From assembly GCA_964629655.1 (NCBI GenBank), contig CAZVQU010000001.1, forward strand, positions 84,788 through 148,787: 64,000 nucleotides of DNA, in the 5' to 3' direction. Below, one piece after another: positions 27,134 through 37,920 of this stretch; the first letter of the stretch is position 1, and every line of letters begins with the position of its first letter. A program made the translations under genes and the position numbers. Under the pieces are notes generated by a model. It worked only from the letters and a program-made list of their open reading frames with translations, had not been told where the DNA came from and ran no database searches. This DNA comes from an uncultured Planctomycetia bacterium. Lineage in GTDB: Bacteria; Omnitrophota; Gorgyraeia; Duberdicusellales; 4484-171.

Positions 27134-28264
27134 CTAGTATCTCGGATATCCCCAAGCAAGAATGTCTTTACCTATCCGTCTTATCTTAAAATTCTCCAGG
27201 CTAGGAGCAACTTTGAGAGTAGGAAATCCTTCTGCGCCTATAGAACTAAGAGCGGCTCTGCCACCTATAACCTTAGGGGCAATGAAGAAAAAAACTTTAT
27301 CTACTTTCCTTTTGACAAAAAACCGACCCAAAGTTTGAGAACCACCCTCGATAAAAACAGACATTATGTCCAAAGAGTAAAGAATCTTTAAAATCTTCTC
27401 TACTGGTAACCAACCTTTTTCTTCTTTTAAAAAGAAAACTTTAACCTTAAGGGGAATATTTTTTCTCTTAAGTTTACTCTTATCCGAGGTAAAAATTATT
27501 AACTTATCAGGGTTTTTCTTTAAAAGGGAGGAATCTAAAGGTATGTTTAACCGAGGAGAAATTACTGCTTTAAAAGGAGACCTTTTTAGACCCTCGAGGC
27601 TAGGATTATCTTTTGTAAAAGTATTAGAACCTATCAAGACACAATCATATTTATCCCTTAGTCTTTTAGAGAATTCTCGGCTTGAGCTTGAGGTAATCCA
27701 TTGGGATATGCCTTTTTGGGTAGCGATCTTTCCGTCTAAACTCTGAGCCACCTTAGCTACCACAAAAGGCTTTTTCTCCCTTATATTTTTAAAAAATACT
27801 TCGTTGACCTCCTGAGCTCCTTTTTTGCATAAACCTACGTCCACTTTAATCCCAGATTTTCTTAACTTTTTTATTGATTTACCATTAACTCTGGGATTAG
27901 GGTCAACTGTAGCAATAACTGCCCTTTTTATGCCTTTTTTAATAATCTCATCAACGCAAGGCCCGGTTCGGCCAAAGTGACAACAAGGCTCTAGGTTAAT
28001 GTAAAGAGTGCTACCGCTTAAGCTCTTCTTAGCTGCTTTTATTGCTTCTAGCTCTGCATGAGGTTTCCCGGCTTTATTATGATAACCATAAGATAAAATC
28101 TTACCATTCTTGACAAAAAGTGCTCCTACCAAGGGATTAGGCGAAGTAAACCCTTCTGCTCTTCTAGCCAAAGAAAAAGTCTTTTTCAAAAAGCAAAGAT
28201 CTTGCTGAGATTCTGCCTTTAGCACTTCTCGCTCCCCAAACGGCTCTTCATATCCTCTACCCAA
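27134..28264 (-). CDS. ribD: Bifunctional riboflavin biosynthesis deaminase/reductase RibD
   Basis: Deaminase Zn motif HAE...PCCHFGRTGPC plus a C-terminal reductase domain. The annotated start may be slightly long, since it overlaps the upstream PHP gene by 46 nt. Confidence 0.9.
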   Translation of the reverse strand: MGRGYEEPFGEREVLKAESQQDLCFLKKTFSLARRAEGFTSPNPLVGALFVKNGKILSYGYHNKAGKPHAELEAIKAAKKSLSGSTLYINLEPCCHFGRTGPCVDEIIKKGIKRAVIATVDPNPRVNGKSIKKLRKSGIKVDVGLCKKGAQEVNEVFFKNIREKKPFVVAKVAQSLDGKIATQKGISQWITSSSSREFSKRLRDKYDCVLIGSNTFTKDNPSLEGLKRSPFKAVISPRLNIPLDSSLLKKNPDKLIIFTSDKSKLKRKNIPLKVKVFFLKEEKGWLPVEKILKILYSLDIMSVFIEGGSQTLGRFFVKRKVDKVFFFIAPKVIGGRAALSSIGAEGFPTLKVAPSLENFKIRRIGKDILAWGYPRY

Positions 28265-29052
28265 GCATAAGGTATGCTTACTTGCCCAACTCCGACAAAC
28301 TCCTTATAGCTTCCATGAGCATCGGAGCCTCCACTTTGCAGCCGTCGGAACTTAATTGCCATATTTTTGTAGAGCGAGCTCTTAGCAAAAGACATTGTGG
28401 GATACACTGTTTCCAATCCATCAACGCCTAAAGAGATAAACTCTTCTACCCAAGATTGATCAGGAATTACATGAGGATGGGCAATAAAACTTAGGCCTCC
28501 AGATTTCCTGATAAGCTGAATCGCCTCTTCTACTGAATATTTAAAACGGGCGCTATAAGCTGGCTGACCTGGAGAAAGGTACTTTTGAAAAGCCTGACGC
28601 AAAGTTTTAACCTTACCCTTTTCTAGAAGGTATAGAGCCAGATGCAACCTTGTAGGAATGGCCCCTTTTATCTTTAAAAACAGGTCTTCAATATCAACCT
28701 TTACGCCTAAAGAATTTAGCTTCTCCCCCATCCATAAAATCCTTTCTCTTCTTAATTCCTTTATCTGGGCTAACTCTGCTTTTAATTTCTCATTTTCAGA
28801 ATCAACAAAATAACCTAGGATATGGACTTCTGTTCCTTTATGCTCAGCGCTTAGCTCAAGACCTTCGACCAACTCAATACCATAACTCTCGCTGTAAGCA
28901 CGAGCAGAATTCATGCCATCAAGAGTATCATGGTCAGTAACAGCAATGCAAGCTAATCCCTTTTCCCTAGCCTGTTTAAAAATAGTCTCTAACTCAGCAT
29001 CACTATCGGAAAAATTAGAGTGAATATGTAAATCGCACTCCTTATCCTTCAT
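28219..29052 (-). CDS. PHP-domain phosphoesterase (TrpH/YciV family)
   Basis: 277 aa. CDLHIHSNFSDSDAE...IAVTDHDT matches the YciV-type PHP N-terminus. Confidence 0.8.
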   Translation of the reverse strand: MKDKECDLHIHSNFSDSDAELETIFKQAREKGLACIAVTDHDTLDGMNSARAYSESYGIELVEGLELSAEHKGTEVHILGYFVDSENEKLKAELAQIKELRRERILWMGEKLNSLGVKVDIEDLFLKIKGAIPTRLHLALYLLEKGKVKTLRQAFQKYLSPGQPAYSARFKYSVEEAIQLIRKSGGLSFIAHPHVIPDQSWVEEFISLGVDGLETVYPTMSFAKSSLYKNMAIKFRRLQSGGSDAHGSYKEFVGVGQVSIPYAWVEDMKSRLGSEKC

Positions 29053-29497
29053 CCTTCATCCTTTTCTCTTTTGCTCCCTTCTCCATCTTATATATTTTAT
29101 CTAATATCCCATTGACAAATCGAGGAGAATCAACATCACCAAAGCGTTTTGCTAATTCGATAGCTTCATTTATGGCAACTTTAGGAGGGATATCCTCTGA
29201 AAAGAGCAATTCAAAACATCCCATTCTTAAAATATTTCGATCAATAACTGCCATTCTCTCGATTTCCCAATTTTTTACATGTTCCTTTATCAAAGAGTCA
29301 ATTGAAGAAATATTAATTATCACTCCTTCTACCAATAAGGAAAAGAAGTCAATAATTTCTTGTTTTTGAGGGTAATTTTCTAGATAACTATTGAGGGCTT
29401 GGCGAGAATCAACTTTTGATATCTCTATCTGATAAAGAAGGGATAAAGCTATTGCTCTTGCTTTTGATCTTAAACGCATAATACAACAAATTGTCAA
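29042..29497 (-). CDS. nusB: Transcription antitermination factor NusB
   Basis: 151 aa of NusB-family helical protein (RSKARAIALSLLYQIEI...). Confidence 0.85.
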   Translation of the reverse strand: MTICCIMRLRSKARAIALSLLYQIEISKVDSRQALNSYLENYPQKQEIIDFFSLLVEGVIINISSIDSLIKEHVKNWEIERMAVIDRNILRMGCFELLFSEDIPPKVAINEAIELAKRFGDVDSPRFVNGILDKIYKMEKGAKEKRMKDEG

Positions 29498-29516
29498 ACT
29501 GAATATTTATTCGCAA

Positions 29517-29975
29517 TTATATCTGCGAATAAATATCTGCCATCTCTAAAGCTGACAGGGCAGCATCCCTACCTTTATTGCCTTGCTTTGCTCCTGCTCT
29601 CTCTACTGCTTGCTCTATAGTGTCAGCAGTAATTATTCCGAAGGTGGCCGGAATTTTCTTATCTTGTGAAATCCGGGCTACCCCCTTGGCGACTTCAGAT
29701 GCAATATAATCAAAATGAGGAGTTTCTCCTCTTATTACTGCACCCAAGGCGATAACAGCGTTAAACTTCTTTGTATCTAACTTGCTTAATACTTGAGGTA
29801 TCTCAAAAGAACCCGGTGTCCAAATAACAGAAATATTTTCCTTTGTTACTCCTGATTTCTTTAAGGTATCCACACAACCTTGAAGTAGTTGATTACTAAT
29901 GAATTCATTGAACCGTGAAATAACAACTGCGATTTTCTTGCCTTTGCCTACAAAATTTCCTCTTATCTCTTTCAT
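29517..29975 (-). CDS. ribH: 6,7-dimethyl-8-ribityllumazine synthase
   Basis: 152 aa with the lumazine synthase fold (IAVVISRFNEFI...). Confidence 0.92.
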   Translation of the reverse strand: MKEIRGNFVGKGKKIAVVISRFNEFISNQLLQGCVDTLKKSGVTKENISVIWTPGSFEIPQVLSKLDTKKFNAVIALGAVIRGETPHFDYIASEVAKGVARISQDKKIPATFGIITADTIEQAVERAGAKQGNKGRDAALSALEMADIYSQI

Positions 29976-29993
29976 CCCTACCTCCTTTATCTC

Positions 29994-31181
29994 CTATATC
30001 ATATGGTCCATTTTTTTCTTCTTTGTCTCTAGATAATGCTTGCTATGCTCTGCCTCCTCTATTTTTATTGGCACTCGCTCAATAACTTTTAGACCGTAAC
30101 CCTCAAGGCCAATAATCTTCTTAGGATTATTTGTAAGAAGCTTAATCCTTTTTACCCCTAAATCTGCTAAAATTTGTGCTCCGATTCCATAATCTCTTAA
30201 ATCAGGAGGAAAACCCAACAGGCGATTTGCCTCTACAGTATCAGCTCCCTTCTCCTGCAAACTATAGGCTTTTATCTTATTCTTTAAACCAATGCCTCTC
30301 CCCTCTTGGCGCAGGTAAAGAAAAACTCCCCCTTCTCTACCTATTATCTCTAGTGACCTTTGAAGTTGACTGCCACAGTCGCAGCGTCGTGAAAGAAATA
30401 TATCCCCAGTAAGGCACTCTGAATGCGCACGGACAAGAACCGGTTTGTCAGTAATGCTTCCCTTGACTAAAGCAATATGCTCACTTCCATCAATTAAAGA
30501 CTCATAAAGGAATAAACTAAACTGCCCATGCTCAGTAGGCAAATTTACCTTTTCCACTAACTTTATTAACTTCTCTTTTTTCCGCCGATATTCAATCAAC
30601 GAAGCAATGGTGCATATTTTTAAATTATGTTTCTTAGCAAATTTAATTAAATCAGGAAGCCTGGCCATAGAGCCATCTTGATTTATAATTTCACAAATCA
30701 CTCCGGCAGGATAAAGGCCAGACAATCTTGTAAAATCAACAGCCGCCTCAGTATGCCCAGCTCTTACCAAAACTCCGCCCTCTTTTGCCTCTAGGGGAAA
30801 AATATGGCCGGGTTTTATTAAGTCTTGAGAGATGCTTTTTGGTGAGATTAAAACCTTTATTGTTCTGGCTCGATCAAAAGCTGAAATCCCAGTAGTTGTA
30901 CCCATAGCCGCATCTGCTGAAACTCTCCAGGCTGTCTTAAAAGGGTCTGCTCCGGCCTGATGGTGCATCGGGCCTAAACCTAATTCATCAATCCTTTTCT
31001 TTGTGAGAGGAACGCAGACTAAACCCTTAGCCTCAGTTATCATAAAATTGATGACTTCAGGCGTAGCAAATTCAGCGGCGACAACTAAATCACCTTCATT
31101 CTCCCTAGCCTCATCATCAACTACAATAACCGGCCGACCAGATTTAATTTCTGCAAGAATATCTTCAATGTGGGCAAACAT
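29994..31181 (-). CDS. ribBA: Bifunctional 3,4-dihydroxy-2-butanone 4-phosphate synthase / GTP cyclohydrolase II
   Basis: 395 aa. N-terminal RibB motif (RENEGDL) and a C-terminal GCH-II domain with a Cys triad (CLTGD...CDCG). Confidence 0.92.
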   Translation of the reverse strand: MFAHIEDILAEIKSGRPVIVVDDEARENEGDLVVAAEFATPEVINFMITEAKGLVCVPLTKKRIDELGLGPMHHQAGADPFKTAWRVSADAAMGTTTGISAFDRARTIKVLISPKSISQDLIKPGHIFPLEAKEGGVLVRAGHTEAAVDFTRLSGLYPAGVICEIINQDGSMARLPDLIKFAKKHNLKICTIASLIEYRRKKEKLIKLVEKVNLPTEHGQFSLFLYESLIDGSEHIALVKGSITDKPVLVRAHSECLTGDIFLSRRCDCGSQLQRSLEIIGREGGVFLYLRQEGRGIGLKNKIKAYSLQEKGADTVEANRLLGFPPDLRDYGIGAQILADLGVKRIKLLTNNPKKIIGLEGYGLKVIERVPIKIEEAEHSKHYLETKKKKMDHMI

Positions 31182-31306
31182 AATCTCCTCCCAGAGTGTA
31201 GAATAACTTAACTCATTAACCCTTAATTGTCAAGGGGTTTCCACCTCTTAGGTTTTAGGGCTTTTCAGTATTTTGAATCTTCGGAAAGATGAATACGAAG
31301 AATAAA

Positions 31307-31723
31307 TTATCGCTTGGTCCACTGGAAGCGACGACGAGCGCCTTTGCGCCCATATTTCTTTCTTTCTTTGGCCCGAGGATCACGGGTAAGTAAATCTTCT
31401 CTTCGTAATAAAGCTCTTAATTGAGGGTTCCATTCTACTAGGCACCGAGAGATACCTAGGCTTACTGCTCCAGCCTGACCACCTACTCCACCACCATCTA
31501 CATTAGCAGAGATATCTATCTTGCCTTGGAGCTCAGTAACTATCAGAGGCTTTTTAACTTGCATTATATTATCGATAGTAGAAAAATATTTTTCAATCGC
31601 TCTACCATTAATAATAATTTTACCTTTTTCTTTAGGAATAAATCTTACACGGGCAACCGCTTTTTTTCTCCGACCGGTAGCCATAAATATTTCTTTATCT
31701 TTATCTTTATTTACTTCCTTCAT
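31307..31723 (-). CDS. rpsI: 30S ribosomal protein S9
   Basis: Contains ...GRRKKAVARVR... and a C-terminal basic tail. A possible shorter start lies at MATGRRK. Confidence 0.9.
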   Translation of the reverse strand: MKEVNKDKDKEIFMATGRRKKAVARVRFIPKEKGKIIINGRAIEKYFSTIDNIMQVKKPLIVTELQGKIDISANVDGGGVGGQAGAVSLGISRCLVEWNPQLRALLRREDLLTRDPRAKERKKYGRKGARRRFQWTKR

Positions 31724-31725
31724 AG

Positions 31726-32151
31726 TTAAATACCTATTGTTTGTGGTTTTTGAGCCTTTTGTTTATGCATACCTTCAGGATAAATCTTTAAAGATTTAAG
31801 CATTTGAGCCCCTAAGTTACTCTTAGGAAGCATTCCTCTCACAGCCAGATAAAGCGCGCGAGAAGGGTTTTTATCCATCAACACCTTAAGGCTCATCTCT
31901 TTACGACCGTTATGAAAACCGGTAAATTTATCATAAATTTTGCTTTCCAGCTTATTTGCGCTAAACTTTATAAGCTTGGCATTTATTACAATAACCCTAT
32001 CCCCGCAAAGAAAATTAGGGGTATAGGTAGGTTTTGTCTTGCCTTGCAGTATCCTGGCTATACGGGTAGATAATCTACCCAAAACCTTATCCTTGGCATC
32101 GACAAGCACCCATTTTCGCTCTTCTTTATTGAAGAATTTAGTCTTTTTCAT
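31726..32151 (-). CDS. rplM: 50S ribosomal protein L13
   Basis: 141 aa. KWVLVDAKDKVLGRLSTRIARILQGK matches the L13 signature. Confidence 0.93.
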   Translation of the reverse strand: MKKTKFFNKEERKWVLVDAKDKVLGRLSTRIARILQGKTKPTYTPNFLCGDRVIVINAKLIKFSANKLESKIYDKFTGFHNGRKEMSLKVLMDKNPSRALYLAVRGMLPKSNLGAQMLKSLKIYPEGMHKQKAQKPQTIGI

Positions 32152-32183
32152 AGACAGCTTTTATATCATATCTGGTAATAATG

Positions 32184-32894
32184 TCAATATTTATTTATAT
32201 TTTCCAAATCTATTCTTCCTTCATAGATAGCCTTACCGACAATTACTCCCCAAACAAAGGGGGTTTCTTCCTTTATTCTCTTGATATCTTCCGGAGAAGA
32301 TACCCCTCCGGAAACAATAATATTAGCCTCCTTAAACGAGGAAAATTCCTTTACTGGCTCCAGATTCAACCCCTCTAGGGTCCCATCCCGAGAAATATCA
32401 GTATATATTATCCACTTTATCCCCTTCTCGATTAGGGTTTTGATGAAGTCTAAGGCTTCAAGGGAGGTCTTCTCCTGCCAGCCTTTTACGGCAACTTTAG
32501 AACCAATGGTATCTGCACTTACCGCAATCCTATCAACGCCTATTGCTCTTATCAAATCTTTAAGAAACTTCCCCTCTAAGCTCTTAGTACCTACTATTAC
32601 CCTCTGAGCTCCTAAAGATATTAGCTTTTTTGCTCTATCTATGTCGCGAATTCCTCCGCCTACCTCTACCTTAATATCGACTTTGCCTAGAATCTTAGCG
32701 ATAATTCTTAAGTTATCTTCCTGGCCTAAGGCAGCTGACAAATCAACTAAATGAAGAAGTTCTGCTCCTTTCTTCTTCCATTCTAGAGCTACCTGAAGAG
32801 GATTATCGCTATATATAGTAGAATCAGCGGGGTTTCCCTTCAAGAGACGAACTACCTTCCCTTCCCATAGATCAATTGCTGGTATTACTAACAT
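32184..32894 (-). CDS. hisA: ProFAR isomerase HisA
   Basis: MLVIPAIDLWEGKVVRL... with a TIM-barrel fold, adjacent to hisH. Confidence 0.9.
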   Translation of the reverse strand: MLVIPAIDLWEGKVVRLLKGNPADSTIYSDNPLQVALEWKKKGAELLHLVDLSAALGQEDNLRIIAKILGKVDIKVEVGGGIRDIDRAKKLISLGAQRVIVGTKSLEGKFLKDLIRAIGVDRIAVSADTIGSKVAVKGWQEKTSLEALDFIKTLIEKGIKWIIYTDISRDGTLEGLNLEPVKEFSSFKEANIIVSGGVSSPEDIKRIKEETPFVWGVIVGKAIYEGRIDLENINKY

Positions 32895-33517
32895 ATCTTT
32901 AAAAAGTTATTAAAAACCTTCAGGCCTAATTTTTGGCTCTTCTCAGGGTGAAATTGCACTGCCCATACATTATCCTTATGTAAAGCGGAAGCAAATTTGC
33001 TCCCATAGGAAGTAGCTGCTAGCACAACATTACTATTTCTTGGCTTGCAATAGTAAGAGTGAGCAAAATAAAAATGACTGTTATTTTTAATTCCTTCAAA
33101 TAACCTTTTTCCTTCTTCTCTAGTTTTTCTTCCTTCACTATTAATCTCTATTTGATTCCATCCCATATGAGGAATAATTAACTTCTTGCCAGTAAACTTT
33201 TTTACCTCCCCCTCAATAATTCCTAATCCTTTTACCCCGGGAGCTTCTTGGCTCTTCTCTAGTAATAGTTGCATCCCAAGGCAAATTCCCAAGAAAGGAA
33301 CACCTTCTGCGATTCTTTTCTTCAAAAGACAAAAAAGCTTTCTTTTTTTTAACTCTTTGACTGCCCGGTGAAAGTGACCTACTCCAGGAAAAATTATTCT
33401 CTTAGCCTTCTTTATGATGGCCGGGGAACTACTCACTCTTACCTTCCTGCCTAAGAATAGAGCACTATTCTCTACACTCTTTAAGTTTCCCATTCCATAA
33501 TCTACAATTGTTATCAT
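32888..33517 (-). CDS. hisH: Imidazole glycerol phosphate synthase glutaminase subunit HisH
   Basis: Class I glutamine amidotransferase with the catalytic Cys in GICLGMQLL. Confidence 0.9.
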   Translation of the reverse strand: MITIVDYGMGNLKSVENSALFLGRKVRVSSSPAIIKKAKRIIFPGVGHFHRAVKELKKRKLFCLLKKRIAEGVPFLGICLGMQLLLEKSQEAPGVKGLGIIEGEVKKFTGKKLIIPHMGWNQIEINSEGRKTREEGKRLFEGIKNNSHFYFAHSYYCKPRNSNVVLAATSYGSKFASALHKDNVWAVQFHPEKSQKLGLKVFNNFLKIC

Positions 33518-33532
33518 CTTTTAATTATTTGG

Positions 33533-34174
33533 CTAGTCTATTATTCCTTTTGTCGAAGGAACACCTTTGCGGCGAGAATCAATTTGAGTGGCTTGGTCCA
33601 AGGCCTTACCCATAGCTTTAAAAAGAGCTTCCAATAAATGGTGCAAATCGCCTTCTCCTGATTTTATATTATAGACAAGGCTTAAACCAGCATGCTGGAT
33701 AAAAGCCCCTAGAAACTCTTCAGCATCTTTAGAGGTAAAACCAGTGTCATCAAAATCTTCATCTGCTAAAATAGTCTCTATTTTCATTTTATCATCTGCA
33801 CTTATTTGCCTATGTAATACAGGCCTTCCACTTATATCAACATTCGCCTCAACAACAACTTTATCCATAGTTGCCGAAAATGAACCATATCTATTAATAC
33901 CAGCTTTATCTCCTAGGGCAACCTTAAAGGCTTTGCCAAGAGCAATGCCAATATCTTCAATTATATGGTGAGCAAGATCTCCTTTAGCTTTTAAATTTAA
34001 ATCAAATAGGCCATGAAAAGCAAATAATGTAAGTAGATGGTTAAGGGGTTCAAAAACTGTACTTATTTTAGTTTTTCCCTCCCCGTCAATAACAAACTCA
34101 CCTTTGATATCTACTTCGTTTGTCTTTCGACTTATCGCTGCTTTTCTTACCTCTTTTTTCTTCTTAAACCACAT
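33533..34174 (-). CDS. hisB: Imidazoleglycerol-phosphate dehydratase (monofunctional HisB)
   Basis: 213 aa with IGPD His-rich motifs (HHIIEDIGIALG, HHLLEALFKA). Confidence 0.9.
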   Translation of the reverse strand: MWFKKKKEVRKAAISRKTNEVDIKGEFVIDGEGKTKISTVFEPLNHLLTLFAFHGLFDLNLKAKGDLAHHIIEDIGIALGKAFKVALGDKAGINRYGSFSATMDKVVVEANVDISGRPVLHRQISADDKMKIETILADEDFDDTGFTSKDAEEFLGAFIQHAGLSLVYNIKSGEGDLHHLLEALFKAMGKALDQATQIDSRRKGVPSTKGIID

Positions 34175-34189
34175 ACTTCCTCCGTAAAT

Positions 34190-35407
34190 TTAGACTAGTC
34201 GTTTCTTAACACTCTCTATGTGCTTAACCATTCCTTCAAGGTTGGCTATCTTTTCTAATACCTGTTCCTCTTCCTGCAAAGCCTTCTTAGTGTAATTTAT
34301 AATGTGAGACTCTTTGAGAAAAGACCTGACCGAAAGACAAGAGAAAAACCGGCTGCTTCCTCCAGTAGGAAGAACATGACTGGGTCCGGCAGTATAATCC
34401 CCTAAAGCAACCGGAGTGTAATCCCCTAAGAATATTGCCCCGGCATTTCTGATCTTCTTTAAAAGCGAAGACGGCTTTTTGGTTAAGATTTCTAAATGCT
34501 CAGGCGAAATACAATTTACTACCCGGCAACCTTCGTCTAGATTTCTCACCCGTAGAGCTAGACCAGGAATTTTCTTTTTCCTTACCTCTCTTATAATCTT
34601 TCGGGAGTTAGTAACCAAAATTCCCAAACCATTATAGTGTTCTATCTGAGCTTCCAAATCAGCTATAATGTGCTCTACATTAGCATCTTTGGAAGCCAAA
34701 ATAACTACCTCCGAAGGACCAGCAAGCATATCAATATCAACCTCTCCAAAGAGCTGACGCTTGGCTTCAGTGACAAATTCATTCCCCGGACCAACAATCT
34801 TATCAACCTTCCTGATTGTTTTAGTTCCGCAGGCTAAGGCAGCAATAGCTTGGGCACCTCCAAGACGGTATATTTCCTTTATGTTCAACAAAGAAGCTAA
34901 GGCTAATATAAAAGGATTTATATTTCTGTCTTTACCCGGCGGAGAGACCAAAACCACTTCCTTTACCCCGGCAACCAGAGCTGGAATAACAGCCATATAC
35001 ACTGACGAAACTAAAGGAGCTGTTCCGGCTGGAACGTAAACCCCTACTCTCTCTAAAGGCACATAACGGCTAATCAAAGTCTTACCGCTATCTTCTTTTA
35101 GTCTAATAGTTTTAGGAACTTGACCCTTATAGAATTTAGTTACATTATCTATAGCCAGCTTAAATGCTGAAATAAGGGATGAATCTAGTTCATTAAAAGC
35201 CGCGCTTATCTCCGACTCAGAAATCTTTAATTCCCGAGCTGACACCTTAACCTTATCAAATTTCTTGGTGTATTCAACTAGAGCATTATCTCCATTATCA
35301 CAAACACCTTTGATGATCTTAGAGACCTTTTCGTGAATTTTGTTTTTGCGCACTCTTTTCTTGCGAAGTAATTTTCCTAAGCTTTCTAGATTTCTTACTA
35401 CTCTCAT
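34190..35407 (-). CDS. hisD: Histidinol dehydrogenase
   Basis: 405 aa of the HisD family (...SPEHLEIL...). Confidence 0.9.
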   Translation of the reverse strand: MRVVRNLESLGKLLRKKRVRKNKIHEKVSKIIKGVCDNGDNALVEYTKKFDKVKVSARELKISESEISAAFNELDSSLISAFKLAIDNVTKFYKGQVPKTIRLKEDSGKTLISRYVPLERVGVYVPAGTAPLVSSVYMAVIPALVAGVKEVVLVSPPGKDRNINPFILALASLLNIKEIYRLGGAQAIAALACGTKTIRKVDKIVGPGNEFVTEAKRQLFGEVDIDMLAGPSEVVILASKDANVEHIIADLEAQIEHYNGLGILVTNSRKIIREVRKKKIPGLALRVRNLDEGCRVVNCISPEHLEILTKKPSSLLKKIRNAGAIFLGDYTPVALGDYTAGPSHVLPTGGSSRFFSCLSVRSFLKESHIINYTKKALQEEEQVLEKIANLEGMVKHIESVKKRLV

Positions 35408-37920
35408 TTTTTAATAGATTTGTTGATAGCTTCTTTAACTTTAGTTATAAAATTATCCTCTCTTTTCCCTATAACACCTCGAGCCATTCTATCATTTCCC
35501 CCACCATTTAAAAATAATTCTTTTCCAGATTCAGAAATAAATCTTTTGCAACTAAACCCTTTTTTGATTATATCATTAGTTGCCGAACAAATAAAAATAT
35601 CTTTTTCGCAACCTTTAGTTGCAATAAATATTATACCTGAGCCTATTTTCTGTTTTATCTGGTCCGAAAGAGCAAGTATTGCTTGAAAGACTGAGTCTTT
35701 TAAAGAAGATTCTGGCTCAAATTCACGGATTGAAACACTTATCCCCTCTATATTACTGTTCAAACCTGTTGTATCTTCTATTTTAACTTCTGGTATTTTT
35801 TCTTTTATTTTTTTTACTACCTTTTTTTGAATATTCCTAGTTTCCTGGACCTTTTGACCAACTGAAGCCCTGATTCTTCTTATCCCACTACTTATTGAAG
35901 ATTCACGTTCAATCTCAAAGTCATTGATCTGAATAGTATTATCAACATGTATACCACCACATAGCTCTTTGCTATAATCAGAAATCGATACTACCCTTAC
36001 CTTGTCCTGATACTTATCTTTAAAAAAAGCAAGAGCACCTTGTTTTTTAGCCTCCTCCAGGTTTAACTCTTTTTTTTCTACTTTATCAGCAGATTTGATA
36101 AATTTTCTGACCAGATCTCCTACTTCTTTCCTTTCTTCATCAGTCAATCGGTCAAAATGCGTAAAATCAAAACGAAAGTTGTCTTCATCAACCAAAGAGC
36201 CCTGCTGAATAACATGCTCACCTAATATTTTGCGCAAAGCTGCCTGAAGAAGATGAGTAGCAGTATGAGCCCTGGCTAGAGCCTCTCTTCTTTTGGTGTC
36301 AACAATAGCTAAGGCCGCGCCTTCTTCCATTCTTCCCTTAACCACTTTACCTTTATGGACAATGGCCTCGTTTACTTTAAAAACTTTTTCCACTTTAAAC
36401 TCTCCGTTTTCTGAACGAATAATACCCTGGTCCGAAAGTTGACCTCCTGATTCCGAATAAAAAGGAGTCTTATCCAAAATGATCAATCCCTGGGCAGGAA
36501 ATATCTGCTCTATGATAACCTTGCCCTCAGTAAGCTTGTAGCCGATAAATTCTGTTTTCTGACTCAAATCTAATTCCTCTTTCTTGAATATATTTTCATC
36601 AAACATACTTCTCTTACGCGAACGCTCTTGCTGTTCCTTAAACAAGGTCTCAAACTTTCCTTCATCAATGCCAAACCCTCTTATTTGAGCGAATTCCCTA
36701 ATTATCTCTAAAGGCACTCCGTGAGTGTCATATAGGCGAAATACATCCTCAGGAGGAAACTCTCTCTTAGCCGCTTTACCAAGCTCATCCATAATAAGAT
36801 TAGCCTGAATTTGCCCCTCTTTAATCGCTAGAAAATACTTTTCCTCTTCAGATAATATAATCTTTGAGATATTATCTCTTTTCTGCTTAATCTCTGGATA
36901 GATATCACCCATGAATTCTGCAAAGCGTTTAGGCAACTTATAGAGAAACGGATCTTTATTGCCTAAACCTCTTGCCTTAAGCAAGGCTCTTCTTATAATC
37001 TTCCTTATTACATATCCCCTTCCTTCATTAGAAGGGTAAACTCCGTCAGCAATTGCAAAAGTAGCAGCCCGGGCATGGTCAACTATGGCATTTACAGAAT
37101 TTTTGGTCAATTCTTCGCGACTAGAACTTTTTATAACCATTTCCCTAACTTCTCTTATAATCGGAGCTAAAATATCTATTTGGAAATTGGACTCTACTTT
37201 TTGTAAGACAGCAGCCATTCTCTCTAAACCCATACCAGTATCAATATTCTTCTGAGGCAGGGGCTCTAGCTTATTTACTCCCACTCGATTAAATTCTGTA
37301 AATACTAAATTCCAAACCTCAACAAATCGGCCACAGCTACAATCAGGATTACACTCCTTTTTCCCACAACCAACATCTACGCCTTTATCAAAGAAAATCT
37401 CAGAACAAGGGCCACATGGCCCATTGGGTCCGTCACTAGGAGCATTAGCTGGCCAAAAATTACTATCTTCACCTAGCTTAACTATTTTTTCTTCAGGAAC
37501 GCCAATATTATCCTTCCAAATACTATAAGCTTCCTGATCATCCTTAAATACCGAGACCCACAAATTCTTCTCATTAATATTCACCTCTTTGGTGATGAAT
37601 TCCCAAGCAAACTCAATTGCTTCTTTCTTGAAATAATCGCCAAAAGAAAAATTTCCCAACATTTCAAAAAAAGTATGATGGTAAGCAGTTTCACCTACTC
37701 TTTCTAAGTCACCAGTACGCAAGCACTTCTGACAAGAGGTAGCTCTGGCTATATCCTTTTTCTCGCCCAAAAAATAAGCTTTAAACCGATTCATCCCGGC
37801 AGGGGTAAAAAGAAGGGAAAAATCATCAGTGTCAGGAATTAGAGTATCAGAAGCAAAAACCTTATGATTCTTTTTTTTAAAAAACTCTAAGTATTTTTTT
37901 CTTAATTCACTTGTCTTCAA
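35404..37920 (-). CDS. alaS: Alanine--tRNA ligase
   Basis: 838 aa. Class II catalytic domain, an editing domain (HTATHLL) and a C-terminal DHHA1-like domain. Confidence 0.93.
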   Translation of the reverse strand: MKTSELRKKYLEFFKKKNHKVFASDTLIPDTDDFSLLFTPAGMNRFKAYFLGEKKDIARATSCQKCLRTGDLERVGETAYHHTFFEMLGNFSFGDYFKKEAIEFAWEFITKEVNINEKNLWVSVFKDDQEAYSIWKDNIGVPEEKIVKLGEDSNFWPANAPSDGPNGPCGPCSEIFFDKGVDVGCGKKECNPDCSCGRFVEVWNLVFTEFNRVGVNKLEPLPQKNIDTGMGLERMAAVLQKVESNFQIDILAPIIREVREMVIKSSSREELTKNSVNAIVDHARAATFAIADGVYPSNEGRGYVIRKIIRRALLKARGLGNKDPFLYKLPKRFAEFMGDIYPEIKQKRDNISKIILSEEEKYFLAIKEGQIQANLIMDELGKAAKREFPPEDVFRLYDTHGVPLEIIREFAQIRGFGIDEGKFETLFKEQQERSRKRSMFDENIFKKEELDLSQKTEFIGYKLTEGKVIIEQIFPAQGLIILDKTPFYSESGGQLSDQGIIRSENGEFKVEKVFKVNEAIVHKGKVVKGRMEEGAALAIVDTKRREALARAHTATHLLQAALRKILGEHVIQQGSLVDEDNFRFDFTHFDRLTDEERKEVGDLVRKFIKSADKVEKKELNLEEAKKQGALAFFKDKYQDKVRVVSISDYSKELCGGIHVDNTIQINDFEIERESSISSGIRRIRASVGQKVQETRNIQKKVVKKIKEKIPEVKIEDTTGLNSNIEGISVSIREFEPESSLKDSVFQAILALSDQIKQKIGSGIIFIATKGCEKDIFICSATNDIIKKGFSCKRFISESGKELFLNGGGNDRMARGVIGKREDNFITKVKEAINKSIKK

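Noticed and set aside
31182-31306. Possible FMN riboswitch upstream of ribBA
   Set aside because: No RFN-element conserved stretches were recognisable (such as GGAT.CCGGCG or GGGCAGGGTGAAATTCCC-like blocks). The region is only 125 nt and probably just holds the rpsI-ribBA junction and an RBS.
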